Origin: Bacteroidota bacterium
GTDB taxonomy: Bacteria; Bacteroidota; Bacteroidia; AKYH767-A; OLB10
Direction: 5' to 3'
Assembly (NCBI GenBank): GCA_046052065.1
Contig: JBJOND010000003.1
Span: forward strand, 663-64,662
Length of the DNA: 64,000 bases
A program made the translations under genes and the position numbers. The notes beneath the pieces were generated by a model. That model was given only the letters and a program-made list of their open reading frames with translations, had not been told where the DNA came from and ran no database searches. Below are positions 26,965-37,709 of this stretch, one piece after another; position 1 is the first letter of the stretch, and each line of letters opens with the position of its first letter.

Positions 26965-29073
26965 TTATAACAAAACCTTACGAGATAAGCGATACTTACC
27001 TGTTTTCTTATCTATTTCAACAAGTTTAACTTGAATAATTTCTCCTTCCTTTAAAACACCTTCCATAGATGGTAGTCTATCTTTAGAAATTTCAGAGATA
27101 TGAAGTAAACCATCTTTACCAGGCATAAATTCAACGAATGCACCGAAAGTAGTAATCGTTTTTACTTTTCCTTCGTAAGTTTCTCCAACTTCAGGCTCAG
27201 CTACAATTCCCTTAACCCAGTTTAATGCTGCATCAATGGATTGCTTATTTGGAGAGGCAATTTCAACGACACCTTCATTATTAACTTCTTCAATAGAGAT
27301 TGTTGCTCCAGTTGTGCGCTGAATTTCCTGAATGATTTTTCCACCTGGTCCGATAACCGCACCGATATATTCTTTAGCAATTCTTAAAACGACAATGCGA
27401 GGTGCATGTGCTTTATAGTCTTCGTTTGGCTGAGCAATAGTCTTCGACATTTCATTTAAAATGTGCAAACGACCCGCTTTTGCTTGTTCTAAAGCTTGTA
27501 ATAAGATATCATATGGAAGACCATCAACTTTTAAATCCATCTGGCAAGCACAGATACCTTTTTCAGTACCCGTTACTTTAAAGTCCATATCACCTAAGTG
27601 ATCTTCATCGCCAAGAATATCACTTAAAACGGCGAAGTTTCCTTTACCATCTGTAATTAATCCCATCGCAATACCTGAAACTGCAGCCTTTAATTTAACA
27701 CCTGCATCAAATAATGCCAACGAACCAGCACAAACAGTAGCCATTGATGAAGAACCATTTGATTCAAGGATATCAGAAACAATACGAACAGTATAAGGAT
27801 TCAGGTCATCACCAGGCATCATTTGCTTTAACGAACGCATCGCTAGGTTACCATGACCCACCTCACGACGACTTGTTCCTCTGTTAGGCTTTACCTCTCC
27901 AGTACTGAAGCCAGGGAAGTTATAATGTAATAAGAACTTATTCTTTCCTTGGTACATTGCCTGATCGATAATTTGCTCGTCAAGTTTAGAACCTAGTGTT
28001 ACAGTAGTTAACGATTGAGTTTCACCTCGTGTGAAAACAGCAGAACCATGAGCTGATGGTAAGTAATTGACTTCAGACCAGATAGAGCGGATGTCCGTTA
28101 ATCCACGTCCATCTAAACGAATCTTTTCTTTTATAATCATATCACGAACAGCTTCTTTCTCAACATCATGATAATATGTTTTGATGAATCCCATTTTAGC
28201 AGCTAATTCTTCTTCAGTAAACTGAGAACAGAATTCTACTAAAACTTCTTTAAAAGCAAACTTGCGGGCATGCTTATCAGGATTACAACGACGAGCAACA
28301 GCATAAACTTTATCGTATGTTTCTTTCCATACTTTTTCACGAAGTTCTTCATCATGTGTTTCATGAGAATAGTTACGCTTCGTCACTCCAAGCATTTCAG
28401 CTAATTCAATCTGAGCCTGGCATTGTACTTTGATAGCTTCATGAGCAAATCCAATAGCTTCAGCCATTTCTTTCTCGCTCACTTCTTTCATTTCTCCTTC
28501 AACCATTAGGATATCCTTAGCCGTACCTGCCACGATTAAATCTATATCAGCAGTAGCCATAGTTGAGATAGGAGGGTTAATAATAAATTGACCATCGATA
28601 CGGGCAACACGAACTTCTGAGATAGGTCCGTTAAACGGAATATCAGAAACTGCTATGGCAGCAGATGCAGCTAATCCAGCTAAGCAATCTGGAGCTACTT
28701 CCATATCGGCAGAAATTAAATTTACCATTACTTGTGTGTCAGCATGGTAATCATCTGGGAATAAAGGGCGAAGTGCGCGGTCAATTAAACGAGAAATTAA
28801 AATCTCGTTATCATTTAAGCGAGCTTCGCGACGGAAAAATCCACCAGGGAATCTTCCAGCAGAAGCAAACTTCTCTTGATAATCAACAGTTAAAGGCATG
28901 AAATCCACACCTGGTTTTGCATCGGGACTAGATACGACAGTAGCTAGTAACATACAATCTCCCATTCTTAATACAATTGAACCATCAGCTTGCTTGGCAA
29001 GTTTACCGGTTTCAATACTAATTTCCCTTCCGTCCGCTAGTTTGAAGGTTTTTACGACAGCGTTTTGTGACAT
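26965..29073 (-). CDS. pnp: Polyribonucleotide nucleotidyltransferase (PNPase)
   Basis: 702 aa with two RNase PH-like domains and C-terminal KH and S1 domains. Classic rpsO-pnp synteny. Confidence 0.95.
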   Translation of the reverse strand: MSQNAVVKTFKLADGREISIETGKLAKQADGSIVLRMGDCMLLATVVSSPDAKPGVDFMPLTVDYQEKFASAGRFPGGFFRREARLNDNEILISRLIDRALRPLFPDDYHADTQVMVNLISADMEVAPDCLAGLAASAAIAVSDIPFNGPISEVRVARIDGQFIINPPISTMATADIDLIVAGTAKDILMVEGEMKEVSEKEMAEAIGFAHEAIKVQCQAQIELAEMLGVTKRNYSHETHDEELREKVWKETYDKVYAVARRCNPDKHARKFAFKEVLVEFCSQFTEEELAAKMGFIKTYYHDVEKEAVRDMIIKEKIRLDGRGLTDIRSIWSEVNYLPSAHGSAVFTRGETQSLTTVTLGSKLDEQIIDQAMYQGKNKFLLHYNFPGFSTGEVKPNRGTSRREVGHGNLAMRSLKQMMPGDDLNPYTVRIVSDILESNGSSSMATVCAGSLALFDAGVKLKAAVSGIAMGLITDGKGNFAVLSDILGDEDHLGDMDFKVTGTEKGICACQMDLKVDGLPYDILLQALEQAKAGRLHILNEMSKTIAQPNEDYKAHAPRIVVLRIAKEYIGAVIGPGGKIIQEIQRTTGATISIEEVNNEGVVEIASPNKQSIDAALNWVKGIVAEPEVGETYEGKVKTITTFGAFVEFMPGKDGLLHISEISKDRLPSMEGVLKEGEIIQVKLVEIDKKTGKYRLSRKVLL

Positions 29074-29151
29074 TTTTTTGCAGCTTTTTTTACAGCGTTT
29101 GACAGCTTTTGATTTATAATACTTATGAATTAAATCGGTGGTAATAAAACG

Positions 29152-29179
29152 AAAAAAGGCAAATTCAATTTGAATTGCC
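29152..29179 (-). terminator. rpsO terminator / pnp leader hairpin
   Basis: On the minus strand: ggcaattcaaattgaatttgcc hairpin followed by T6, located between rpsO and pnp. Confidence 0.7.
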
Positions 29180-29210
29180 TCTTTTCATTTATCGTTGTGG
29201 CGACATCGCC

Positions 29211-29480
29211 TTATTTACGAATTCCTAGTTCAGCGATAATAGCACGGTAGCGATTGATATCTGTTTTGTATAGATAATCTAATAAGCTACGACGCTTACC
29301 AACTAAACGAATTAATGCACGTTGCGTAGAGAAGTCTTTCTTGCTAGTCTTTAAGTGACTAGTTAAATGATTGATTCTATGAGAAAACAATGCAATTTGA
29401 CCTTCTGCTGAACCTGTATTGGTTTCGCTATTACCGTGTTTTTTGAAAATTTCTTTTTTTGCTTCTGAAGTTAATAACAT
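29211..29480 (-). CDS. rpsO: 30S ribosomal protein S15
   Basis: 89 aa. GSAEGQIALFSHRINHLTSHLK..LVGKRRSLLDYL. Confidence 0.95.
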   Translation of the reverse strand: MLLTSEAKKEIFKKHGNSETNTGSAEGQIALFSHRINHLTSHLKTSKKDFSTQRALIRLVGKRRSLLDYLYKTDINRYRAIIAELGIRK

Positions 29481-29515
29481 GATTCTTCGGTGATTTTCTT
29501 TTTATTATTGGAGGG

Positions 29516-29523
29516 CAAAGATA
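29516..29523 (-). promoter_or_regulatory. -7 box TATCTTTG upstream of rpsO
   Basis: Exact TAnnTTTG match on the minus strand, 36 nt before the rpsO ATG. No -33 element was found. Confidence 0.35.
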
Positions 29524-29719
29524 TAAACCAAATTCTTATTAAACAATAGATTGAAGTGTATTTTTATTAACGTATCAAAGAAATCATTAAGCGCTGTTTG
29601 TTGGATAATTAGGTGTCGAATATCAATCCTGTAAATTAAAATTAAATAAATCTATAACAATCAGTATATCAGTTTTTAGTATTGTTTAATTGAATAATAC
29701 TTTAATTAGTAAACTCTGT

Positions 29720-30445
29720 TTATTCAAAGAAATAATCACTTTGAATTTCTTTAATTTGCCAAACATCTAATTGAAGTAAAAGAAAAAATTTCATCTGAAC
29801 CCAACGTGCTGCCGACTTCGGATTCGTTTTTATCTGATAATCTACATAAATAATCGCTTGTTCTTCATCATAATTATTTAAAGTCAGTCGATTGCTCTTA
29901 ATAATCAGGTTTCCGTGCCTCAACTTGAACCCAAGTTCAAGATTTTCCCATAATTCATAGCTGGAATGTATCCCATTAATAATTAAATGTTCACTTAAAA
30001 TTGGGTATAATCTTCTCCATGGAGCTTCAAAAAAAATCAAATTAAAGGCATTAACTGTATTGAATAAAAAGTTTAGGTTAAGTGTCAATATATCTTCAAA
30101 ATCAATTTCTTGTATGTATTTAATCGATTTAATTTCTTTTACTTTGATGGTCACTATATACTCACTCAGGAGTTTGTAATAGCAGATATCATCATACAGG
30201 TATCGATGATTAAACCGTACTTTTTGGAATTTCATCCGCTTCTTTAATTTCTCGAGATTCTCTAGGTTTCTTTTAATACTCAAGTCTTCATCAAAAAGTG
30301 GAGGATAGTCTAGAAATTCTAGCAAATTGATTATTCCAGCACCTTTGATCCTTTCTTCTGATTCTTGTAAATGCTTGGGATGGTAGCGATTAAACTGTCT
30401 TGCTGCAGCATTTAACTTTATTTTTGATTCAGCTGATGGTTGCAT
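29720..30445 (-). CDS. Hypothetical protein, orphan-looking
   Basis: 241-aa ORF, very AT-rich, with no motif I recognise. It is flanked by unusually long non-coding gaps (239 and 270 nt). Confidence 0.55.
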   Translation of the reverse strand: MQPSAESKIKLNAAARQFNRYHPKHLQESEERIKGAGIINLLEFLDYPPLFDEDLSIKRNLENLEKLKKRMKFQKVRFNHRYLYDDICYYKLLSEYIVTIKVKEIKSIKYIQEIDFEDILTLNLNFLFNTVNAFNLIFFEAPWRRLYPILSEHLIINGIHSSYELWENLELGFKLRHGNLIIKSNRLTLNNYDEEQAIIYVDYQIKTNPKSAARWVQMKFFLLLQLDVWQIKEIQSDYFFE

Positions 30446-30516
30446 ACTTTCATATTTAGAAAAACGAAAGTATAATCAGGGTTAGCGATTATTCGGTAAC
30501 AAACGGATGTAAGCGT

Positions 30517-30678
30517 TTAATGACGTCGGTTGTGATAACGTTTAGGATGCAAGATTTCTTTTTCTAGACGGGTATTTTTTACACCCATTTTACGTTTTCG
30601 CTTTACGCAATTAACCTTATGACTGCAAGAAGATAGGCCTATGATTAATACTAAAAATATGCAGGTAAACCGATTCAT
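30517..30678 (-). CDS. Possible 53-aa small lipoprotein with a strongly basic tail (not in the ORF track)
   Basis: Manual translation gives MNRFTCIFLVLIIGLSSCSHKVNCVKRKRKMGVKNTRLEKEILHPKRYHNRRH. The signal peptide plus LSSC lipobox are canonical. Confidence 0.35.
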   Translation of the reverse strand: MNRFTCIFLVLIIGLSSCSHKVNCVKRKRKMGVKNTRLEKEILHPKRYHNRRH

Positions 30679-30715
30679 TGTATTGCTTTACATAACAACG
30701 ATGCAGTATCAAGTA

Positions 30716-31561
30716 TTAGTGTGCGAAATAACTTAAGACATGCGACATACGGTCTTTCAGTTCTGTTCTTGGAACAATCATATCTAGGAAGCCATGTTCT
30801 AAAACGAATTCAGAAGTCTGAAAGCCCTTCGGCAAATCTTTACCGATTGTTTCTTTAACTACACGAGGACCAGCAAAGCCAATCAAAGCACCTGGCTCCG
30901 CAATGTTTAAGTCGCCAAGCATTGCAAACGAAGCTGTTACACCTCCTGTAGTAGGATCCGTTAAAAAAGAGATATAGGGTAATTTAGCATCCGCTAATCG
31001 GGTAAGTTTTGCAGAAGTTTTGGCCATTTGCATTAGCGATAGTGCCGCTTCCATCATACGTGCCCCACCTGATTTAGAAATCATCATAAATGGAGTATTA
31101 TGCTCAATGGAATAATCGATGGCTCTCGCAATCTTTTCTCCCATTACCGAACCCATTGAGCCACCAATAAATTTAAAATCCATGCAGGCAATAGTCAATG
31201 GATAACCACCACATTTACCAGAAGCTGTGCGCACTGCATCTTTTAATCCTGTCTTCTTTTGAGTATCAACAAGTCGGTCGGCGTATTTTTTAGTGTCAGA
31301 AAAGTTAAGCGGATCAGCAGAAGTCATATTTGCATTAAACTCTACAAATTCATTATCATCAAATAAAATTGAGAAATACTCTTCAGACCCGATACGCTCA
31401 TGATAAGCGCACTTTATACAAACCCAATTATTGTTCTGATGCTCCTGGGAAGGTTGAATGTTCTTGCAAGAGGGACATTTATACCATAATCCTTCAGGTG
31501 TTTCTTTCTTTTCACTGGTAGAAGTAGTAATCCCTTCCTTAATTCGATTAAACCAACTCAT
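30716..31561 (-). CDS. accD: Acetyl-CoA carboxylase carboxyltransferase beta subunit
   Basis: N-terminal Zn ribbon CPSC..CIKC, followed by a carboxyltransferase domain ([15 protein letters not shown]). Confidence 0.92.
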   Translation of the reverse strand: MSWFNRIKEGITTSTSEKKETPEGLWYKCPSCKNIQPSQEHQNNNWVCIKCAYHERIGSEEYFSILFDDNEFVEFNANMTSADPLNFSDTKKYADRLVDTQKKTGLKDAVRTASGKCGGYPLTIACMDFKFIGGSMGSVMGEKIARAIDYSIEHNTPFMMISKSGGARMMEAALSLMQMAKTSAKLTRLADAKLPYISFLTDPTTGGVTASFAMLGDLNIAEPGALIGFAGPRVVKETIGKDLPKGFQTSEFVLEHGFLDMIVPRTELKDRMSHVLSYFAH

Positions 31562-31585
31562 AGTCGTAGTATTTGAGAGTTCTTA

Positions 31586-32644
31586 TTAAGCAATAGTAAT
31601 TTCATTTGTCAGGTACACATCCTGAATTGCGTTTAGCATTTGAATTCCTTCACTGAAAGGTTTTTGAAACGCCTTTCTACCAGAGATTAATCCTTGACCA
31701 CCCGCACGCTTATTAATCACAGCTGTTGTAACTGCCTCTGCCATGTCCGAAGCGCCTTTACTTTCACCACCTGAATTAATCAAGCCCATACGTCCCATAT
31801 AGCAATTTGCTACCTGGTAACGAGCTAAATCGATAGGATGGTTTGTAGTAAGTTCATCGTAAACTTTCTTATGCGTCTTACCAAAATTAACCGCCGTATA
31901 TCCGCCGTTATTCGTTGGAAGCTTTTGCTTGATAATATCCGCCTGAATAGTAACTCCTAAATGGTTCGCTTGTCCAGTTAAATCGGCTGAAGTATGATAA
32001 TCAACACCATCTTTCTTGAACGCATTGTTTCGGGTATAGCACCATAGAATAGTTGCCATTCCTAATTCGTGAGCACGTTCAAAAGCTTGAGCAACTTCTA
32101 CTATCTGACGTGATGACTCTTCAGAACCAAAGTAAATCGTCGCACCAACTGCTGTAGCACCCATATTCCAAGCTTCTTCAACAGAACCGAACATGATTTG
32201 ATCGAACTTATTTGGGTAACTTAAGAATTCATTGTGGTTAATTTTTACAATGAAAGGAATTTTATGAGCGTATTTTCTAGAAACCGATGCTAACACACCA
32301 TAGGTAGAAGCAACTGCATTACATCCACCTTCTATTGCTAGCTTAACAATATTTTCAGGATCGAAGAACATAGGGTTTGGTGCGAAAGAAGCTCCAGCTG
32401 AATGCTCAATTCCCTGATCAACAGGTAAAATGCTTAAGTAGCCAGTACCCGCCAAACGACCGTGGTTATAAAGTGTATTAATGCTTTTGATAACCTGGTT
32501 ACTTCGGTTACTTGGTATAAAAATTCTATCGGTAAAATCAGGTCCTGGTAAATGAATCTGATCTTTTGTAATTGTCTTACAGTTGTGGTTCAAAAGGGAG
32601 TCAGCATCCTGACCTAATAATTCAGTGATTTTTTGCAACGACAT
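31586..32644 (-). CDS. Class I fructose-bisphosphate aldolase (FbaB/DhnA type)
   Basis: 352 aa with [13 protein letters not shown] and KINHNE segments typical of the FbaB type. Confidence 0.8.
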   Translation of the reverse strand: MSLQKITELLGQDADSLLNHNCKTITKDQIHLPGPDFTDRIFIPSNRSNQVIKSINTLYNHGRLAGTGYLSILPVDQGIEHSAGASFAPNPMFFDPENIVKLAIEGGCNAVASTYGVLASVSRKYAHKIPFIVKINHNEFLSYPNKFDQIMFGSVEEAWNMGATAVGATIYFGSEESSRQIVEVAQAFERAHELGMATILWCYTRNNAFKKDGVDYHTSADLTGQANHLGVTIQADIIKQKLPTNNGGYTAVNFGKTHKKVYDELTTNHPIDLARYQVANCYMGRMGLINSGGESKGASDMAEAVTTAVINKRAGGQGLISGRKAFQKPFSEGIQMLNAIQDVYLTNEITIA

Positions 32645-32698
32645 ATTGAATCTTTGTTTAGTATAATTTGGATGACAAAACTAACAAAAATTGGTGTA

Positions 32699-33298
32699 TC
32701 ACCAACCACTTGTAAATGACCCCATATTGGCTAAGAAATCAAGGCTGCTCAAATTAGGCTCGAAAGGATGCTTATAATTGAAGACCTGATTGTAGATTTT
32801 AAAAGAATCTAAGGGTAGTATTGTTGGCTCATACCCATGATTATCAGAAAGTTTTCGGTAATCGCTAATGTTGTTTTCTGAAGTAAGTACTTCTGAAATT
32901 TTAACGGATAACTTTAGTTTCTTTAAAAATAATGCGAGAAAATCACGGTTTAAATCGATTAATAATTCAGGCTGTCGATCATAGATAAGCCAGATATCAT
33001 CTTTTATAAACTCGAAAAAAGGAGCTGTATTGTAAGCAGCTTCCAATGCGCCTTTGTGAACACGTATCCATGGCTGACTATAATCGATTTTAACATCAGA
33101 GATAACCGTGCTGTTATGCTTTGCATTTACAGGCACACTCAAACATTGAATCCCGTTAGGAGATAAAATATGGCACCTATTGCGGACAGTCTTTTTTTTC
33201 CAGAATTCTTGATGGTCAACAATAACACCATCCATCGTACTGATTAATTTCAAGTACTCGATAGAAGGCAGGTAAGAAGTACTGACTAATGCAGTCAC
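32699..33298 (-). CDS. WbqC family protein
   Basis: STSYLPSIEYLKLI..KKTVRNRCHILSPNGIQCLSVPV pattern. A GTG at 33298 starts just after the lepB stop. The track start at 33382 would overlap lepB by 80 nt. Confidence 0.6.
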   Translation of the reverse strand: MTALVSTSYLPSIEYLKLISTMDGVIVDHQEFWKKKTVRNRCHILSPNGIQCLSVPVNAKHNSTVISDVKIDYSQPWIRVHKGALEAAYNTAPFFEFIKDDIWLIYDRQPELLIDLNRDFLALFLKKLKLSVKISEVLTSENNISDYRKLSDNHGYEPTILPLDSFKIYNQVFNYKHPFEPNLSSLDFLANMGSFTSGW

Positions 33299-33302
33299 AG
33301 AG

Positions 33303-34406
33303 TTAATCGTTGTTCCAATGAATGATATTAAACAAACGGTTCCATCTGATTTTCTTAAACAGATTGGTAGCGCTGCCATCAATACTCATCCAGATAAATA
33401 CTGCTTTACCTACTATATGATCTTCCGGAACAAATCCCCAAAAACGTGAATCAGCTGAGTTATGGCGATTATCACCCATCATAAAATAATAATTCATTTT
33501 AAAAGTATAGGAAGTAGCGACTTTGCCATTGATGTAAATTTTACCATCTTTTTCTTCAACCGTATTATGCTCATATGCAAAAATTACTCGCTGATAGATG
33601 GAAATATTGTTAGTGTCTAATTGAATGGTAGCTCCTGCTTTAGGAATGTAAATAGGTCCATAGTTATCAGTGTTCCAAGGGTAAAAGGGATTAAAAGGAT
33701 AAATATGTCCTTCGAAAAATCCTTTCGGTTGAATAATAGGTTGAACAGCACTGACAGCTGATATTTTCTTTAATTCTTTTACTGCTTCATCTGATAAGAT
33801 TGCCTGATACTCCCCATTTCCAATTGGTTGGTATTCGCTAATCTCTAATTTCTTCCAGGTATCTTCAACTAATCCATAGCCAGTTGTTTTAATCAGGTAG
33901 GTATGCTGACTTCCCTTTGGAACCAAGTTTTTTTGACTATTCAAATAAACAATACGATCAATTACTTGAAGGGTATCGCCTGGCAATCCAACACAACGTT
34001 TAATATAATGCGTTTGCTTATCTATTGGCCGTTCATCTTCCATTGGATAATTAAATACAACAATGTCGTTATGCTTTACTTCCGAAAACCCTGGTAATCG
34101 GTGATAACCCCATTTAATTGCTTCCGAATAAGATTTACCTCCAATTACTGGCAGTTCCTGGTGCACGAAAGGAAAGGAAATAGGAGTCATTGGTGTACGG
34201 GCACCATAATGCATTTTACTTACAAATAAGAAATCACCTACCATTAATGTGCGTTCCATCGATGGAGTAGGGATGGTAAAAGCTTCGAAGAAAAATGTTC
34301 TTATAATCGTAGCTGCTACAACCGCAAAAACGATGGCATCAACCCATTCTCTTGTTTTACTTTTTGGTCCGCTGGCTGTATCTTTTTTCCAAAATTTCCA
34401 ATTCAT
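33303..34406 (-). CDS. lepB: Signal peptidase I
   Basis: Catalytic Ser box IPTPSMERTL, Lys box YIKRCVGLPGD, and GDNRHNSADSRFWGFVP. Confidence 0.92.
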   Translation of the reverse strand: MNWKFWKKDTASGPKSKTREWVDAIVFAVVAATIIRTFFFEAFTIPTPSMERTLMVGDFLFVSKMHYGARTPMTPISFPFVHQELPVIGGKSYSEAIKWGYHRLPGFSEVKHNDIVVFNYPMEDERPIDKQTHYIKRCVGLPGDTLQVIDRIVYLNSQKNLVPKGSQHTYLIKTTGYGLVEDTWKKLEISEYQPIGNGEYQAILSDEAVKELKKISAVSAVQPIIQPKGFFEGHIYPFNPFYPWNTDNYGPIYIPKAGATIQLDTNNISIYQRVIFAYEHNTVEEKDGKIYINGKVATSYTFKMNYYFMMGDNRHNSADSRFWGFVPEDHIVGKAVFIWMSIDGSATNLFKKIRWNRLFNIIHWNND

Positions 34407-34438
34407 AATATGTGTTATTTCGCTTCTAAATTAATTAT

Positions 34439-35161
34439 TTAATTATTATTTCCGAAAAGAATATCCTTCATTGTAAACACTCCTTTCTTTCCGATTATCC
34501 ACTCTGCAGCATGTATCGCTCCTAGTGCAAATCCATCTCTTGATTTAGCGTGATGGTGTAATTGAATGATGTCAATTTCAGATTCCCATTTTACATCATG
34601 CGTTCCAACCACATCCGGCTCTCGCTGCGCATCAATATGTATGGCATTATTCTGATTTTCTTCTAGCGTCCATTTGCTATAAGCCTCATTATTTTCGATT
34701 ATTCCATTAGCTAACGTTACCGCTGTACCGCTTGGCTTATCCAATTTATGTGTGTGATGAATTTCAGATAGCGAAACGTGATATTCATTATGAGATTGCA
34801 TCCACTTTGCTAAAATTCTGTTAAGTTCAAACATCATGTTAACACCCACGCTGAAATTACTAGCATAAACAAATGCCCCATTGTTGCTTGTAAACAAATC
34901 TGTGATTTGATTTAATTCATCGTACCATCCTGTTGTACCACAGACTACAGGAATATTAGCCGCTAAGCATCGTTTCAAATTACCAGTTGCTGCATCAGGT
35001 CTTGTAAATTCGATTGCAACATCGGCCACCTTTAAATCTTCGTTTGTGAATGAATCAATATTTTCATGATTTAGTTTTAATACGATTTCATGTCCGCGAC
35101 TTACAGCAAGCATCTCAATTGCTTGTCCCATTTTACCTGTTCCGATTAAAGCAATTTTCAT
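34439..35161 (-). CDS. dapB: 4-hydroxy-tetrahydrodipicolinate reductase
   Basis: MKIALIGTGKMG and EIHHTHKLDKPSGTA motifs. Confidence 0.92.
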   Translation of the reverse strand: MKIALIGTGKMGQAIEMLAVSRGHEIVLKLNHENIDSFTNEDLKVADVAIEFTRPDAATGNLKRCLAANIPVVCGTTGWYDELNQITDLFTSNNGAFVYASNFSVGVNMMFELNRILAKWMQSHNEYHVSLSEIHHTHKLDKPSGTAVTLANGIIENNEAYSKWTLEENQNNAIHIDAQREPDVVGTHDVKWESEIDIIQLHHHAKSRDGFALGAIHAAEWIIGKKGVFTMKDILFGNNN

Positions 35162-35163
35162 CT

Positions 35164-35697
35164 TTAAAATTTTATCGTGAGTTTTAATTCAGAGTGTGGA
35201 GGACGATTAGCAAATGAAGGAACAAAAACTGGTTCAACTTTTAGTGATAAGTCATCACTCACATTAAAGGTATATAAATGTGCATCCACATGCGCATCAA
35301 TAATATTCAAAACATAAACTATTGTAGCTGCAGCAAACGATAAATCGCGGTTTCGGCGAAATCCATCACTTAATATTCGCAAGTTATCAGTACTAATTTC
35401 TGTTAAAAGGTCATTGGTACTGTTACTATCATACCTTCTGATAAGTGCATCGTTGAACTGCTTATAATTTTTGTTGTTGTAATTGATATAATAAGCGGTA
35501 GCTCCAAGTGCAGCATATACCAATGGTACTTTCCAATATTTTCTATTATAAACTTGTCCTGCACCTGGTAATATGGTGGATAAAATAGTTGCTTTTCTAA
35601 CTGAGTGCACACGTGCAGTAGTGTCAACAGGTGACTGTGCACTGCATGTAAAACAACACCAGTAAAAAATCGAAAAAAGAAAAACTCTTTTAACCAT
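35164..35697 (-). CDS. DUF5683 domain protein
   Basis: Signal peptide plus the ILPGAGQVYNRKYWKVPLVY motif typical of this Bacteroidota family. Confidence 0.65.
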   Translation of the reverse strand: MVKRVFLFSIFYWCCFTCSAQSPVDTTARVHSVRKATILSTILPGAGQVYNRKYWKVPLVYAALGATAYYINYNNKNYKQFNDALIRRYDSNSTNDLLTEISTDNLRILSDGFRRNRDLSFAAATIVYVLNIIDAHVDAHLYTFNVSDDLSLKVEPVFVPSFANRPPHSELKLTIKF

Positions 35698-35705
35698 TAT
35701 CGATA

Positions 35706-36650
35706 TTAATGAATTCCTTTAGCTGCAAGCCATCTTTCAGCATCAAGCGCTGCCATGCAACCACTTCCTGCAGCTGTTACAGCCTGACGATAAATATGAT
35801 CTTGCACATCACCAGCAGCAAATACTCCTTCTGCAGTTGTATAGGTACTTCCTGGTTTCGTTACGATGTAACCGTTAGTATCTAAGTCTAACGCACCTTT
35901 GAATATTTGTGTGTTAGGTTCGTGTCCAATAGCAACAAAAAATCCTGTTACAGCAATTTCTTTTTCTTCACCAGTCTGATTGTTTTTTACTCGAACACCT
36001 GATACAGATTGTTCTCCCAATATTTCAACTGTTTCGTGATGATATAGTATTTCGATATTTGGAGTACTCTCTACACGGTGAATCATTGTTTTGCTTGCTC
36101 TCATTTCTCCTTTACGAACCAACATGGTTACCTTGCTACATAATTTAGCTAGGTATGATGCTTCCTCTGCAGCAGTATCTCCAGCACCAACAATTGCGAC
36201 TTCTTGTCCTCTGAAAAAGAATCCATCACAAACAGCACAGGCACTAACACCAAAGCCGTTTAATCTTTTTTCTGAATCAAGTCCTAACCATTTTGCACTC
36301 GCACCCGTTGCAATAATTACTGCATCCGCTTCAATCGTATGTTTTTCGTCAACAATAACTTTTTTCGGGTGTCCGCTAAAGTCAACTGATGTTGCATATC
36401 CAAAACGAATGTCGGCACCAAAACGCTTTGCTTGCTTTTCAAAATCGATCATCATTTCCGGACCTTGAACTCCTTCTGGATAGCCTGGATAGTTTTCTAC
36501 TTCAGTTGTAATTGTTAATTGTCCTCCTGGTTGTAAGCCTTGATATAAAACTGGTTTTAGATCAGCACGAGCAGCATAAATTGCAGCTGTATATCCAGCA
36601 GGACCAGATCCTATAATTAATAATTTTACTTTTTCAGTTGTGTTTGACAT
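35706..36650 (-). CDS. trxB: Thioredoxin-disulfide reductase
   Basis: GSGPAGYTAA FAD motif, CAVCDG redox centre, and GAGDTAAEEA NADPH motif. Confidence 0.93.
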   Translation of the reverse strand: MSNTTEKVKLLIIGSGPAGYTAAIYAARADLKPVLYQGLQPGGQLTITTEVENYPGYPEGVQGPEMMIDFEKQAKRFGADIRFGYATSVDFSGHPKKVIVDEKHTIEADAVIIATGASAKWLGLDSEKRLNGFGVSACAVCDGFFFRGQEVAIVGAGDTAAEEASYLAKLCSKVTMLVRKGEMRASKTMIHRVESTPNIEILYHHETVEILGEQSVSGVRVKNNQTGEEKEIAVTGFFVAIGHEPNTQIFKGALDLDTNGYIVTKPGSTYTTAEGVFAAGDVQDHIYRQAVTAAGSGCMAALDAERWLAAKGIH

Positions 36651-36727
36651 ATGACTATAAACTAATTTTGAATAATAATTTTAAGTGTTGATTCCTTAAA
36701 ATTGTTGATGCTATTGAATGTTTAATA

Positions 36728-37699
36728 TTAATCTTTAAGTAGATTTTCAATAATGTTCTCTACTGATACTCCTTCTGCTTCTGCTTTGAAATTTTTCACA
36801 ATACGATGACGAAGAATAGCAGGAGCAATTGCTTTTACATCTTCAATATCCGGAGAGTATTTTCCATGTAATACAGCATGACATTTAGCTCCCACAACTA
36901 AAAACTGAGAAGCTCTTGGTCCGGCACCCCAACTTAAATATTCGTTGGTAATGCTTGCAGCCATCTCGGTATTTGGACGAGTTTTAGCGGTTAATTTAAC
37001 TGCAAATTCTAAAACATTGTCAGGAACAGGAATTCTTCTGATTAATTGCTGATAATACAAAATTTCTTCAGCACTTATAATGTTTTTTAGCTCAGGATTA
37101 TAATTACCCGTTGTGTTTTTTACAACCATAATTTCTTCTTGAAGAGTAGGGTAGTCTAACGTTACATTAAACATGAAACGGTCTAACTGTGCTTCTGGAA
37201 GAGGATAGGTTCCTTCTTGCTCAATTGGATTTTGCGTAGCCAATACGAAAAAGGGAGACGGTAATTCATAACGTTTACCCGCAGCCGTTACTGCTCTTTC
37301 TTGCATTGCTTCAAGTAAAGCAGATTGTGTTTTAGGTGGGGTACGGTTAATCTCGTCAGCAAGAATAATATTAGAAAACAACGGACCCTTTACAAATTTG
37401 AATTGTCTGTGTTCATCTAAAATTTCTGTTCCAATTATATCACTTGGCATTAAGTCGGGAGTAAACTGAATTCTGTTATAGCTTAAACCTAATACTCTTG
37501 CAATTGTATTTACTAATAAAGTTTTTGCTAATCCTGGTACACCTACTAATAAACAGTGACCATTACAAAAAATAGAGATTAATGAATCCTGAACAACTTG
37601 GTCTTGTCCAACAATAACCTTCCCGATTTCAGCTCTTAATTCTGCGTAGGACTGACGTAATGCGTCTACCGCTTCAACATCCGAAGAAAATGATTTCAT
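36728..37699 (-). CDS. MoxR-family AAA+ ATPase
   Basis: Walker A GVPGLAKT, Walker B ILADEINR, and a typical length of 323 aa. Confidence 0.85.
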   Translation of the reverse strand: MKSFSSDVEAVDALRQSYAELRAEIGKVIVGQDQVVQDSLISIFCNGHCLLVGVPGLAKTLLVNTIARVLGLSYNRIQFTPDLMPSDIIGTEILDEHRQFKFVKGPLFSNIILADEINRTPPKTQSALLEAMQERAVTAAGKRYELPSPFFVLATQNPIEQEGTYPLPEAQLDRFMFNVTLDYPTLQEEIMVVKNTTGNYNPELKNIISAEEILYYQQLIRRIPVPDNVLEFAVKLTAKTRPNTEMAASITNEYLSWGAGPRASQFLVVGAKCHAVLHGKYSPDIEDVKAIAPAILRHRIVKNFKAEAEGVSVENIIENLLKD

Positions 37700-37709
37700 A
37701 TTTAATTTA

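Noticed and set aside
36091-36468. 125-aa plus-strand ORF inside trxB. Similar shadows occur at 54538-55002, 50423-50875, 62461-62760, 62914-63243, 26085-26285 and 17112-17297.
   Set aside because: They lie antisense within strongly supported genes. Their composition is Ser/Pro/Ala-rich, typical of reverse-frame artefacts.
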